Part shown: positions 1-12,564 of the stretch, one piece after another
Layout: every line of letters starts with the position of its first letter
How positions within the stretch are numbered: the first letter of the stretch is position 1
Origin: Octopus sinensis
Taxonomy: Eukaryota
NCBI RefSeq assembly: GCF_006345805.1
Contig: NW_021836126.1
Coordinates: 310,001-374,000 of the forward strand
DNA: 64,000 nt
Reading direction: 5' to 3'
Made by a program: the position numbers and the translations under genes
The notes under the pieces: generated by a model
Databases searched by the model: none
The model's input: only the letters and a program-made list of their open reading frames with translations
What the model was told of the DNA's origin: nothing

Positions 1-439
1 ACGTTCAGTGTATTAAGAATAGGAGCCAAACAAGAGTCTCTTTAAGTAGTTTCCAAATTCGGAAGCAAAACACACCAAGCGGATCCCGCTCGTCATCCTG
101 ACTTCACAAGCCTTTTTATCTAACTCAGAAACTTAGCGATCACTAACTCAAATTTTCGAATCAAAAAGTTCCTAACTCCCTACCCTCCCAACATGTATAA
201 ACGTTGCAATTTGTGGAGATTCATAACAACCTTTTTTCTTGTATGTACCTGTCCACTTTAAGGAATGACTCTATACCTAAGATTATTTGATTTACCTGCT
301 AGTTTAGTTATTCTTGTTCAAAACGGGAAGCATCTTATCCCAAGCAAATTTATTGACTCCTCCTCCAATTAAGATTTGAAAATAATATCCTGTAATATAA
401 AGACTCTAAGTGCGCTTTCTCCTTCTTTACTTTAAACGC

Positions 440-1090
440 TAGGATGCTTTTCTTTTAAAGTTTGTTCAAGCGTTCGATTTATCAAGATGTCTGATTTTGG
501 CAGAAAAAAATCATGTTGCATTGATGATAAAGATTTCTCGTAGTTCCCTTTTTTCTCTCGTTTCTTGATTTTCTGCACAGCACCTATGATATGTTGTTCT
601 CTTTCAAGAAGCTTGTAACATTTATGTAGTTGAGAGTTGTAGCTCCGTGGTCAACGACTGTTTGAGATAGAGAAAAGGCAAGTCTTGAGTCATCAAATTG
701 ACCATCGTAATAAACTGTATCTCCACAGTCTTTCAGTCTATAAATTTGGTAATGCATCCAGCTTTTCATCTCTTTTCTTCCCTAACTTTCCAGCAACCAT
801 ATTGTAAATCTTAAGGCCAATGCCGTAAAAGGGGCTTTTCCACCACTTGTAACTAAGAACGAAAATTAAATGTGTGGATTTTGACGAAGGCGTCCCCGCT
901 CCTTCATAGCTTCCAGAACAAGAGCAATATTACCTTGTTACAAATAACCCAAACCTCCATGAATCAACTTGGACCTACGTGATGATTCCTTTATCAAATC
1001 GTGTTGTTCCTAAAGAAGCATTCGGTAATCATGTGAGACTGCAGAACCGATACTTGTAGCGCCTCCTTTAATCCCAGTCTTCATTATTAA
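440..1090 (-). pseudogene. glpD: Decayed bacterial-type FAD-dependent glycerol-3-phosphate dehydrogenase (GlpD)
   Basis: Manual minus-strand translation across stops and frameshifts gives GGATSIG..EQHD..SKLIHGGLGYL*QGNIALVLEAMKERGRLRQNPH..YKWWKSPFYGIGLKIYNMVAGKLG..YYDGQFDDSRLAFSLSQTVVDHGATTLNY..INAT. No introns are needed. Weak similarity may continue toward base 1. Confidence 0.8.
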
Positions 1091-1499
1091 GTGTTGAGCA
1101 TGGTTTCTCTTTCATGATTGACCCCATACTTGTAAGAATTGGATGGCCTTTTTGTTGTGTTTTTGCTTCTTGAGTATTGATTTATCGAAAGATGGCTGAA
1201 ATTCTTCCTCTTTTTTCAGAAGTATTGTGTTTTAGAAGTTTCAGAAGTCAGAAGTATTCAGAATTCACGACCGCTGCGTGTGAAAACCAAATTTCAGAAG
1301 CACCGTGCTCCTCTCAACCCGGTTTAAGAAAGATCTGTCGAAATTCTTTTTGCGCCATTTCAATGATGTCAACAACAAGACCGCGTGAGCTTGTTGTTCA
1401 CTAGTCTAAAGCTATAATGTACTTTATTCTCTTAAGATGCCTCCTTACTTGTACCTTTCCACACAAATCTGCTATATGTTAACATATTGTTTTTAAATG

Positions 1500-2524
<1,025 letters not shown>

Positions 2525-2831
2525 CTATCTCTTATAGCATTTTTTTGTTAAGTTTTTATTCATAATTCAATTGTGCCAGTTGCGAACAATCCTAGTTCTG
2601 ATTACTTCATTATATGATGTCAGAATTCTCTTATGGATGTGAATGGGCAATTTTTATGATAATTATGTTGTCAGACAAATTATATTTAAAATCGATACAA
2701 TAGATCAATTAAGTCCAACTCCCCAAATATCTTACATTAACAATCAATGACAGTCAACTTCATATTCGTGACATGTCAGGACATTAAAATAACAGGATAA
2801 AAAAGCTCGTATTTATTGAAAATTTCATAAA

Positions 2832-3635
2832 TTATCGGAAAAAAATAGTTCGACGTTCTTTTTTTCTTCTGTTTCCAAACCAGACTCGAACTACATATTC
2901 TGACAAGTCAGTCTCTGCTACAATCCTCCCGATTTCTTCTTCGTTTGGATAAACGGTGACTGAAAAAATATTTTCGAGGTATTCTTTGATTTTTTTGTCA
3001 AAAACTATTCGTTTCTTTCTGGGTTTCGGGAGCGACTTCAAGTGGGACTTGGAAATTGGGTTTTTCTTCAGAGATTCTAGAACAATCAAAAAAGAATCTT
3101 TCAGATTTTCCATTAAAGTAATTGAGAGTTTACCCAACTCAAATCTGGATATAGTCGTACGAGACACGGGGAACCCGCCTCTCTTCATTATAATGGCCAT
3201 ATCGGACTGGGAGTAACCAAAGTTCATTCTTTTTTTCTTGAAATAGTTTCCTAATTCTACCAAAGACTTTTGTTGAGGCGTTTCGTCATTTACCGTTGCC
3301 TGTTCAGTAATTAGATGAGGCACGTTGTTTTCCCTGTAATCATTGGAAATGGCAAGATCCAAGTCGTTGACATCAGGCTTGTACAAAGTCATAGGAATTT
3401 GCCGAGGAGCAATTTCATATTGGATGGAAGGCTGATTGTAATCTGAATAAGCGTTCTCGGTCAATCGATAATTCTGCATTATGAAATCGTATGAATTCAT
3501 CTGGTAGTGGTTTAAAAACAAATCATTGTGGGGAATCTGGTACATAGGTTGAAATGTCATGTTATCTGGAAATCTTGTTACATTTTGGTTTTCAAAAAAA
3601 TGTAAAAAAGAATTATCCTGAGGATAATAATTCAT
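2832..3635 (-). CDS. Divergent POU-domain homeobox transcription factor, intronless, 267 aa
   Basis: POU-specific box FKKKRMNFGYSQSDMA..SRTTISRFE followed by homeodomain RKKRIVF..YPNEEE..VVRVWFGNRRKKERR. The ORF is uninterrupted, ATG to TAA. Confidence 0.85.
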   Translation of the reverse strand: MNYYPQDNSFLHFFENQNVTRFPDNMTFQPMYQIPHNDLFLNHYQMNSYDFIMQNYRLTENAYSDYNQPSIQYEIAPRQIPMTLYKPDVNDLDLAISNDYRENNVPHLITEQATVNDETPQQKSLVELGNYFKKKRMNFGYSQSDMAIIMKRGGFPVSRTTISRFELGKLSITLMENLKDSFLIVLESLKKNPISKSHLKSLPKPRKKRIVFDKKIKEYLENIFSVTVYPNEEEIGRIVAETDLSEYVVRVWFGNRRKKERRTIFFR

Positions 3636-4311
3636 TAGTATAATTCCGATTGAAATGAAAAATAACGTCGTTTCTATTAAGTATGATAACCCCGCCGATC
3701 AGGTCGACGTGATATAAGAATTGCGTGGAATGAAATAAAATATAACCTGTACCTTTGAGTGACCCAGAGAACCAATCACTAGTTACTATTTTATTTGATA
3801 ATTTAATAGAACTGACAAGACCAAAGTTTGATCTATTTCAGGATTAAAGTCTTTAATTGTAAATTATCATAATGTTAATTTTTTATTATAATGAATACTT
3901 ATTATCTACTGAGGACCAGATAAAATTACAAATTAAGCATAACTCACTTTAAAATTTTAACGAACTTATATTTTTGTACTAAAAATTGACTTATAATTCT
4001 TAATTCTTAAAAAAATATGCCGAATAAATTGAGTCATTAAAGAATATCTATCAAAAAATAAAAAAAATTGCTCATTTAATTATTCAAATGTATTGCTTTA
4101 TCTATAAAAAATCCAGTTCAACTAAAAAGACAAATTTGTAGGATATTTCTATTTTAATGTTAATAAATGGTTGGAAGTGTTATTGAGAGAGCCTTTTCCT
4201 CTCAATCTCGAATTAAATAACAAAAAAGGGAAAAAACGGAGAAGAAGCATACGTTGTCTCATTAACTTTCTCTCTTTTTTTTCGGCTTTTCCGTTTTAAT
4301 AAAAAATTTAT

Positions 4312-4660
4312 TCATTCATTCAATGTTAATAAATAATCGTTATTTAAATGTTTAAGCAAGGTCAAATCTTTCAGTCCCGCATTATTTTTTCTTTTCGAAA
4401 ACATTCTTTCGTCAACTTCTACGACATTTTCAATTCCACCTATGCAATCTAATAATGTAATATAATACCAATCAGTTTGTTCGGACGATTTGCTAAATAT
4501 GCAGCACATACCTCTTGCAGCGAGTGAGACCAATTACATATCGTTTGGCCACTCCATTCCAGTTGACGCCGACACCATAAAATGGTGTGTCTGTCGCAGC
4601 TCCACATATAAATAAAACGAATACAAGATTCTAAGGACACTGTCGTGCCTTCGAGCCACG
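4312..4660 (-). mobile_element. Merlin (IS1595/ISXO2-like) transposase fragment with a 29-nt intron
   Basis: RFIYMWS..TICNWSHSLQEVC..LIG|GIENVVEVDERMFSKRKNNAG reads in frame after removing the GT-AG segment 4440-4468; this matches the GG..VE(I/V)DE..F.KRK.N.G Merlin motif. Confidence 0.8.
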
Positions 4661-5149
4661 TACCTAAAAATAAAGTACTCTCTTATTACACCGTTAAATT
4701 TGCATTAATTAATTTAGTGTCTATTTTCGTGATTCATGAAATAGAAAAGTACCAAATAAGTTTCTCTTTGGATTTAAATACATCCTCTCTTTATTTCAGG
4801 TTTGATATGTACTGAAAGTTTAGTAATAAGTTGCTGCATTTTTCCTATTGAAATATCTACATTATTATTTAAATATTAAGTATTATATAAAAAGTAATTA
4901 TTTTATTTAAAAATTTGAATATAAAAGACGCGTTTTTCATTATTGTGATTTCACTGGGACCTGGGACATCGTCGTCTCAGGCCGATCTTGCGGGAAGGAT
5001 TGAACCTTTCAGAAGGATCTCCCTCGTTTGGACGGCGATCACGGGAATAACTATAATTAACTGGCTTTGCCCGTGTTTGGTCTTTAAATAATAATAATAA
5101 CTGTTTGTTGAACAAAGTACATTTGTTAAATGCCTATTTTTTCAAACTT

Positions 5150-5553
5150 AAAACTTTACAATGAATTTGGCTCAATATACTTTCCAGAAATAACAAATAC
5201 AACTTTAAGTGAAATATTCAATAATTGTATCTTTTTATATCAAAGTCTTAGCTGAAATTGGCAAAAACTATGTATAAATATATTTCAACGAAGAAGACAC
5301 TCCTTCTCTCGGCAGCGGACTTAGCCGGCCAGCCACCATCGTTCTAAAATTCCTATTTCTTCAAGACGACGACCAAACCAGTTATGAAGACTATTTAAGA
5401 CAAAAAATCTCAAATTTGGACGCCAAGTTTATTTCATACGACGCTTTATCGGGTGAGTGTAATTTTGAAGTCAAACACTTCACAAAATATGGTCTTGTCA
5501 ACGATTCCGTCAATTCTGTCGACGACGAGGTGTCCTCAGCTCAAAATTATTGA
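5150..5553 (+). pseudogene. NUP98: Nup98/Nup145 autoproteolytic (peptidase S59) domain fragment
   Basis: FGSIYFP..PSLGSGLSRPATIVL..AKFISYDALSGECNFEVKHFTKYGL, with one tiny intron and an in-frame TAA at 5275-5277. Confidence 0.8.
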
Positions 5554-6960
5554 CCAAGACTCTCAGAGATCAAGTTAAAAAAGGTTTTTTTCCATTAAAA
5601 CATGATGTAGGCGACTCGATCAAAGTTGATTCATATTCAGAAAATACTGTTTTGTGGGAAATCAGAAATCCTAATTCAATTTTCCTTACCAGTTCCGAGC
5701 CAATTACATATATCAATCCCAAAATATCATATAATTTGACTGAAATACCAAATTTTGCAGTTTATGAGTTAATGAAAAGGTTATTCATCAACAAAGTTAT
5801 ATATTCGAGCTTTAGAAGACTTATTATATAATTCATGTATTCTATCGAAAATGTTTTTTTCTATTTCAAAAAAGGAAATGTATTACATAAAAAGTTTGTT
5901 TTGCTGAGAAAAAATTAAATTTTGTTAGTTAATCAACATTGTTGAATAATTTATTAATCAACTTTTGAGAGAAATAATTAATTTAGATTTTACAAATTTC
6001 AATAAAAATTTGAATTCTGTTCAAAAAAAAGTCGTAAACTTTGTCCTCTCTTGGCCAAGACTTGGAATAATCCAGGGCCCTCCGGGAACTGGGAAGTCTG
6101 CGGTAATACTTGAAATAATTCAGCAATCATTAATCGACGAAAATAATCGCGTTTGAATTTTTTAATATTTTTAGATTATCGTGACTGCACCTTCGAATGT
6201 TGCTGTCGACAACCTTGTTGGACGATTCAGTGCACTCCAAATTCCGGATAGAGAGTTTGTTCGAATTGGCAAAGAAGAAAAAATGTTAGAAGTCGGTCTT
6301 TCAAATTCGCTCTTTCGTCGACTGATGGATAGTGACCGTTATTTTCAAATTGAATATTTAGAAGATTTTATTTTTAATAATGTAATTTTATGATAAAAAA
6401 TAAAAAAGCGATCTTCCGATATTGAGGATGAGTTGAAGGAGTTGGAGACATAGACGGTACCCAAAAAATACATACACTTCACTAGCCATCTCAGTGAGAT
6501 CAGACTTACTATATTGACCTTATCTGCTCTCATCCTTGTGGACACAGGTACTTCAGTCCGTGAAAAGAATATTAATCAAAAGTCAAAATTAAATTTGGGT
6601 TTTTTTAATTCAATATATTTTATAAAGAGGAAGCGAAGCTCGCAGCAAAGTGGGCTCACAAACTGATCGATGCAGGCGTTAACCAAAACAGATATCGGAG
6701 TCATTTCTTTCTACAATGTTCAAGTTAAAGAAATTAAAAAGAAGCTTTCGGATTTCAAAAATATTGAGATTAACAGCGTCGATTCTTTTCAAGCAAGGGA
6801 GAAAAAAGTCATCATTGTTTTATTTGTCAGATCTAATGATCCCAGTTTATGTAAAAAAATAATCGTGCTTAGATTCAGTTGGTTTTCTATCGGTTTTTAG
6901 AAGAGTCAACGTCGCACTGACTCGGGCACGTCGACTTATGATCCTTATTATGAATTCCAA
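5550..6960 (+). pseudogene. IGHMBP2/SMUBP2-like SF1 helicase copy 1, central motifs deleted
   Basis: IIQGPPGTGKS, TAPSNVAVDNL, IGVISFYNVQV, NSVDSFQAREK, VRSN, VNVALTRARR. The motif II-IV block is missing and frameshifts are present. Confidence 0.8.
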
Positions 6961-7141
6961 TACATTTTTGCATCAATCTCGATACCCATTCCTCAGTAAA
7001 ATGGTCAAGTGCATTTCAAATTTGGCTGATCATCATTTAAGCCAGTTTGATTTTTTGGATATGGGTTGTTTTTTATATTCATTTAAAAGAATTAAATTCT
7101 AAGCCAAAGAATTCTCGTTACAAAATTTATGAAAAGCTTTT

Positions 7142-9446
7142 GGGTTCCATTGATTTCTCTGATTGAGTTAACAAAAGAGAGCAGGAGAGCAGGTCGCGGA
7201 GGACGTGAAGGACTTTATCAAGTCGGAGGGAAGGAAGGAGGTGACAATAATGGCCGGAAATTGTGTGACGGTAAAATACTGAATGATGGCAGATTCGGTT
7301 TTTTGTGCCGGAGAATGCAGGGGTGGTTACGTGGAGTTTCGCGACGGTGAGACACGACATTCACTTCGGGTTGTCCTTCTCCCCAGTGGAGGAAGGGGGC
7401 AGTCCTCTCCAGCTGCTCCCCCTCCGCCCCTGCAGGTCCAGTGAGTTTGTCTTTTGCGGACAACACAAAGTGGTGGAAGGGAGAGGCCCAATTATTTGTT
7501 CATTTTCGACAATTCATACTCCTTCTGGAATGCCAAGACTGTCACATTCCTTGTAAACTTCTCATAACATATTTATTCACTCCTTTGTTGAACCTGTATA
7601 GACCACGTAGTCTTTTAGACCTGTGTAGACCACTGGTAATGTGTTGTCTGTCACAAATATAACACTAATCAATGTAGACTGATAATGGAAACCATTCACT
7701 GTAAAATACTAGTGGTACTTGTAATTCTGGCGCAAAATGTGATTGGAATGAGTATAATATATAACTTTAGTGACTAAGAGTGACTCATATGAAGAGTGTT
7801 GAATTGGCAAAAAAAAGATATTGTCGAATAAATGTGACCAAATGCAAAATATGGACTTTGTGCAACAAATAGGATTGCAGGGATTATGATTTGCCAAAGG
7901 ACGTGCAACACCTGCAACAGTACACAAGTCTTTGACATCGGTAGTATGTGAAGACCTCGATAACCGCTGTTCGACATTTGTCCGACAGCAAAAACAATCC
8001 AATATCACGGCAGGGTGTTAGATTTGGGGAATTACTAACAAAACATAACTCCCTCTTCATACACAATAACCATATTAGTATAAATATAGTCATTCTTTAT
8101 TATGCATTCTCACTATCCCCTCCACTAATGGAAACAACGCTTAAAAGGACCTGGCTCCTTTGATGTATCTAAATCGTCAATTTTCGAGGGATGGTCGCCT
8201 CCACACGTGCCAAGTGTTTTATGTACATCTAAAATGACCCAAATAGAATACTAATGCAGAGTTGAGTAACAGACGTGCGTTCTTATTGTTCACATTATTG
8301 GGAAGCCAAATACGTTCATCCTGTCATCCACAATCATTCCATGTTTATCCGACAAATCATCATTGCAAACCTGACTGAAATCAGTACATTTCACTCTACC
8401 ACTGTGAAACACTCGACAAATCACTCTACCACTGTGAAACACTCGTTCTCCTTAAAGCCACGAAATAGTCTCAACCCTCCCAAAAGTACGTATCCTTAAA
8501 TAAATGTCAAATCTGTCATACGCAAACGTATTCTCCACATATTCCAGAAATGGTCGTCTGGTTCAGACCCCTCGTCAATAACGGAGACAGCAAATCCTCG
8601 GACTGCATGATATTTCTCAGATGAGCAATGTCCGCTTCCTCCTCGACAGACTGACTCCCAATTCACAAGTAGACAATTCCTTCATGTCTCTGTCAGACTT
8701 GAAGGGAATACTCAACAGTAAACACAGTCGTGGGTTGAGATGAGCCACATTCACATCGACCTTACATAGACTGGTAGACTTACTTCGACACACCGCAAAC
8801 CTATCGGTCCTGCCGTGCATCGCAGTTGGAACATTCTGAGGACAACCTCACTCGCAGGAGTCGAATGAATAAACAAAGCGAGGAATTTCCTTCTTTTGCT
8901 TCGAAATAAACCCAAATCATTGCCTGTTCAAGTTTGAAAACTTCCAATGAGTCATTGAGGGTGTTTTCGAGTTTGTTCTTCAAACTGAGGGATAACTGCA
9001 GCCATACTCCCACAGGTCCACAACTCACTTGCCAGAAATAAGCCCAATAAGAAAACTCTCCTTTTCCATCACACAACATCTCCCGACATATATACAAATA
9101 ACACGTGTCCTCAAAATAATGTCCTAAACTAAGAACAAGAATCTATCCCAATCTTCCTTGGGCAACTGCACAAACTTTCTGAATCTTTAACAGCTTTCTG
9201 CAGTTAAGCGCAAGTAAAACCCTTTCGATAAATCTGGCAGTTCTTTTGAGGCTGTTCTGATGCTAAGACCACAGTGATTTGGAGTTAACACAGACGCAGT
9301 GGTTGTCTAGGACGACCTGTGCGGAGGAGAGCAGGTCGCGGATGAGTCAAGTCCGGCGGAAGAGAGTTCAATCTCACGGAAGAGGTCGAAATAGGTCGCG
9401 GAAGAGGTCGCGGGTTCCATTGATTTCTCTGATTGAGTTAACAAAA
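7142..9446 (+). repeat. 35-bp direct repeats flanking about 2.2 kb of GC-richer unidentified sequence
   Basis: gggttccattgatttctctgattgagttaacaaaa occurs at 7142-7176 and 9412-9446; gagagcaggtcgcgga occurs at 7186-7201 and 9328-9343. Confidence 0.85.
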
Positions 9447-9798
9447 ACTAAAAATTAATATTCAGAAGTATTTCTAATTGTATTTATAAAAGTGGTTAGT
9501 TTATCAAAAGTGATAATCTCAATTTTTACTCGTGTTTCCAAAATCAAAGCAATTTTATGAAAATGGTTTTTTTACGTAAACTAGAATGCATCCTGATAGA
9601 CATTTCAAAAAATTGGCAGTGTTTACCGCACGACATTCCTGTAATAAATATCTATTGGCTTTTTGAGTAGTGGAGTCTTATGGAGACCCCAATATTAAAC
9701 TTTTTAAAATATGTATTTTAATAGTGCTGTCTGTATTTTAATAATCCTTAAATAAAACTACTTTGATAGCATAAATATTAGAATTTAAAACAAAATCA

Positions 9799-11015
9799 CT
9801 AAAATATATTAAAGTGTTGATGAAAAATCAAGTCTTCTTTGAGGGGGAAGGTACATCCAGGTAGCAGTTTGTCGAATTCGGTCATCCACTTCCAAAAGGA
9901 AAGTTTGTCCGTGTTGACATTCACAATTTCGCATTTGCCGCAGTTGAATTCAAGCCCAAGCGCTCCAAAATTAAACACAAGAAACTTCAGCGTTTCCAAG
10001 ATGCCTTCGGGGGTTCCTCCAATTACTCCATCATCCAAATACCACATGTTAAGATCAGTTTTACACGATCTCGTTGTTTGGTGGATTGCGAGGGAGAATA
10101 AGAGAGGACCTAGAGGGTCACCTTGTTGAACTCCATTAGTAGAATCAAGTATGGTTGTCCCGAATATAAGCGCGGAAGGCTTTGAGTATGCCAAATTGAC
10201 AATCGGTGGGATGTACGGAATTTTTTTGGCGCAAGCTTCAAGAATACAGTCTCTTCTAACAGAATTGAATACATTCTTTAAGTCGATCTTGGCCAGAATT
10301 CGTTGGGAATCCGTGAAAGAACTAATAAACTCACGTAAAGCGTGGACCCCGGCCTCACCGCCTCCTCGGACACCAACTCCGAGCTGTGTTGGCACGAAGT
10401 ACGGTAGAAGTTCCCCAGAACCTGGCTTGCTATCTTGGAAGCAATCCTTCGGAAAATGTTTCCGACAGCAATGGGGGGAACTCCGCCTTCTTTAGGGCCG
10501 TCAAACATGAGGAAAAGATCAGTTCGCGGGAAAACGAGCATAAGTCGTTGGACAGAATCTTGTTAGAGAGCTCGACGATCTTTTCGAGCAAGGTAGTATT
10601 GTTTTCCCATGAGAGCACGCATATCAAATTACGAATATGCCCAGGCCTTAGGCCATCCACACCGCCAGAGCTGCTGCGACGGAAAGATTTCAGGCTATTG
10701 GAGATGTCCGCGGCCGAGGCTACTAGTGGCATGACATTAGGGAGGTGGAATTCACGAAAGTCTTCAGGGGCGCTGGGATGTTTCGCCTTCAATGCGGAAA
10801 CAGTAGCAGTGCTGTATGGAAGGGTGCCCAGGTCAGAGGATATGGTTTGTACAGCGGCCTTTACGTCTCCTTCCACAAGTTTTGTCCGTACCAGCCGCCG
10901 TATCCTTTCGGCCTCAGATGCCTTTGAAGGCCTTCTTTCAACTTTGTGCGTCCCTTCGGTGTTTGCGTACCTCTGTTTGACTTTTTCGTTATTATATCAA
11001 ATTTTTGATGCATGA
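9799..11015 (-). mobile_element. CRE-like (RLE non-LTR) retrotransposon RT fragment, frameshifted
   Basis: GDVKAAV..LKAKHP, SSGGVDGLRPGHI, PIAVGNIFRR, QLGVGVRGG.EA.VHA, KIDLKNVFNS, GVQQGDPLGPLLF, WYLDDG. Confidence 0.85.
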
Positions 11016-11299
11016 CCTAATCAGAATTAAGAAAACAAAGAGCAGTGTATAACTCAAAGAAAGACTTTTGTAAAGATAATGTTTGCTTCGGACAAAACAG
11101 AAAAAGATTTTACAGAAATATTTCAGGGACCAATGAAATGACTTTATATGCTTTTGATGGTGAGAAGTGTATTTTGTTTAAAAAATGTCTGGAACAAAAA
11201 ACCCGAAATAAATAACTGTTTTGCCGGACACTGTTAAAAAATAATAACTGGCAGTTAAGACATGTTATATTAGGGTTACATGATGGAGATCATTAAATA

Positions 11300-11850
11300 T
11301 TTCCCCGATTAGAAAGCATCTGGATGCCACGGAATATATAATTTCTTCGTTTAAAATTGAAATTTCTGCACGGATTCTTATGTGTTGAAATTAGCAGAAT
11401 GATCAATGGAAACTGCATGCTAGAAAGATCGTTTAACACTGGGATAACATACCTAATTCTTAAAAAAATGATTGTGAGACCCCGAAAAATTTACGCCCTA
11501 TAATATGCATTTATAAGTTAGTTACCAAGTGTGTTAGTGGGAGACTGTCTGAGTTCGTGGATGCATTTGGCTTAATTTCCGACAATCAACTTGAACGAGG
11601 AGACAGTGGAGGGTGTTAAAGAGCAGGCCCTTATTAACCAGTGACTAAATATGAATATGAAAATAAACTATATTCCGCATGGGTTGATGTCAAGAAGGTT
11701 TTAGATTCTGTTGATCATTACTTTTAACTTCATGTGATGGATTGTTCGGGGATACCTGTTTGGATTGTAAAAATGTGGACTCCATGTTGAGGGAGAAAGA
11801 ATTGGCTTTGTAAAACTGTGTCAAGAAATTCTACAGGGATACTATTTTTA
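11300..11850 (+). mobile_element. Degenerate R4-like RT fragment
   Basis: Patchy matches to the intact ORF at 28228: ISDNQL..GVKEQALIN, WVDVKK..DSVDH, LQG. Confidence 0.65.
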
Positions 11851-12011
11851 AGGTAATAGACTTTCTGAGTAGAATCCTTAAATCTATATTTTCAAAAGTC
11901 CAGATTAATCGGGAGGAATCAAATATGTTGTCTTATTTTACGAATCATTTATTTTATTATTAAAATATTCATGTATTTATTAAAATATTCAAAATAATGA
12001 ATAATTCGCAA

Positions 12012-12564
12012 ATGATGCAGGTTGTGCCCAATAAACTTGCATTCCCTGGTACAAGCCTAATGTTTGCCCAGACATAGAATCCTGTGAGCAGTCACAAACA
12101 TTGCACATCACTCTGACCTGCCTGGCAGACTCCCCAATAAACTTCAAAGTCAGAACAACACTCCCCAAAAGTTACACAATCAAACCTACAAAGGGAATAA
12201 TACAACCCCAACAACAAATAGCAGTGTCGGGTGTCATATTATATATATTCAAGTCATGTGGAAACCAGGGAATGTAGACTCGGGCATAAAAAACTGTCTC
12301 CTATTTATGTCGAGCACTGATGAGAAGTGGGACTCGCCTGGTGTGGCCCGTTCGTTAGTGCCCGTCTCCTTCCCGACTGAGGACTCGGAATTGAGTAGGC
12401 AACTGGATGTGGTGAATTGTCAACTGGAGGCACTGCGGATGGAGAACAGGCGACTGCGAGTGGGGAATACAGAACAGTCCAAACATGTGGAATATTGGTT
12501 ATACATAATAGTGACTGTGTTGTGTTTTTTGTTGGGGTATTATTTGTTTTATTCGTTGTCTTGA
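12012..12564 (+). CDS. VAP-like MSP-domain, coiled-coil, tail-anchored protein; intact, 2 introns
   Basis: Exons 12012-12048, 12078-12230 and 12254-12564 splice in frame (introns 29 and 23 nt). Contains FKVRTTLPKSYTIKPTKGIIQP and a C-terminal hydrophobic TM segment. Confidence 0.85.
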
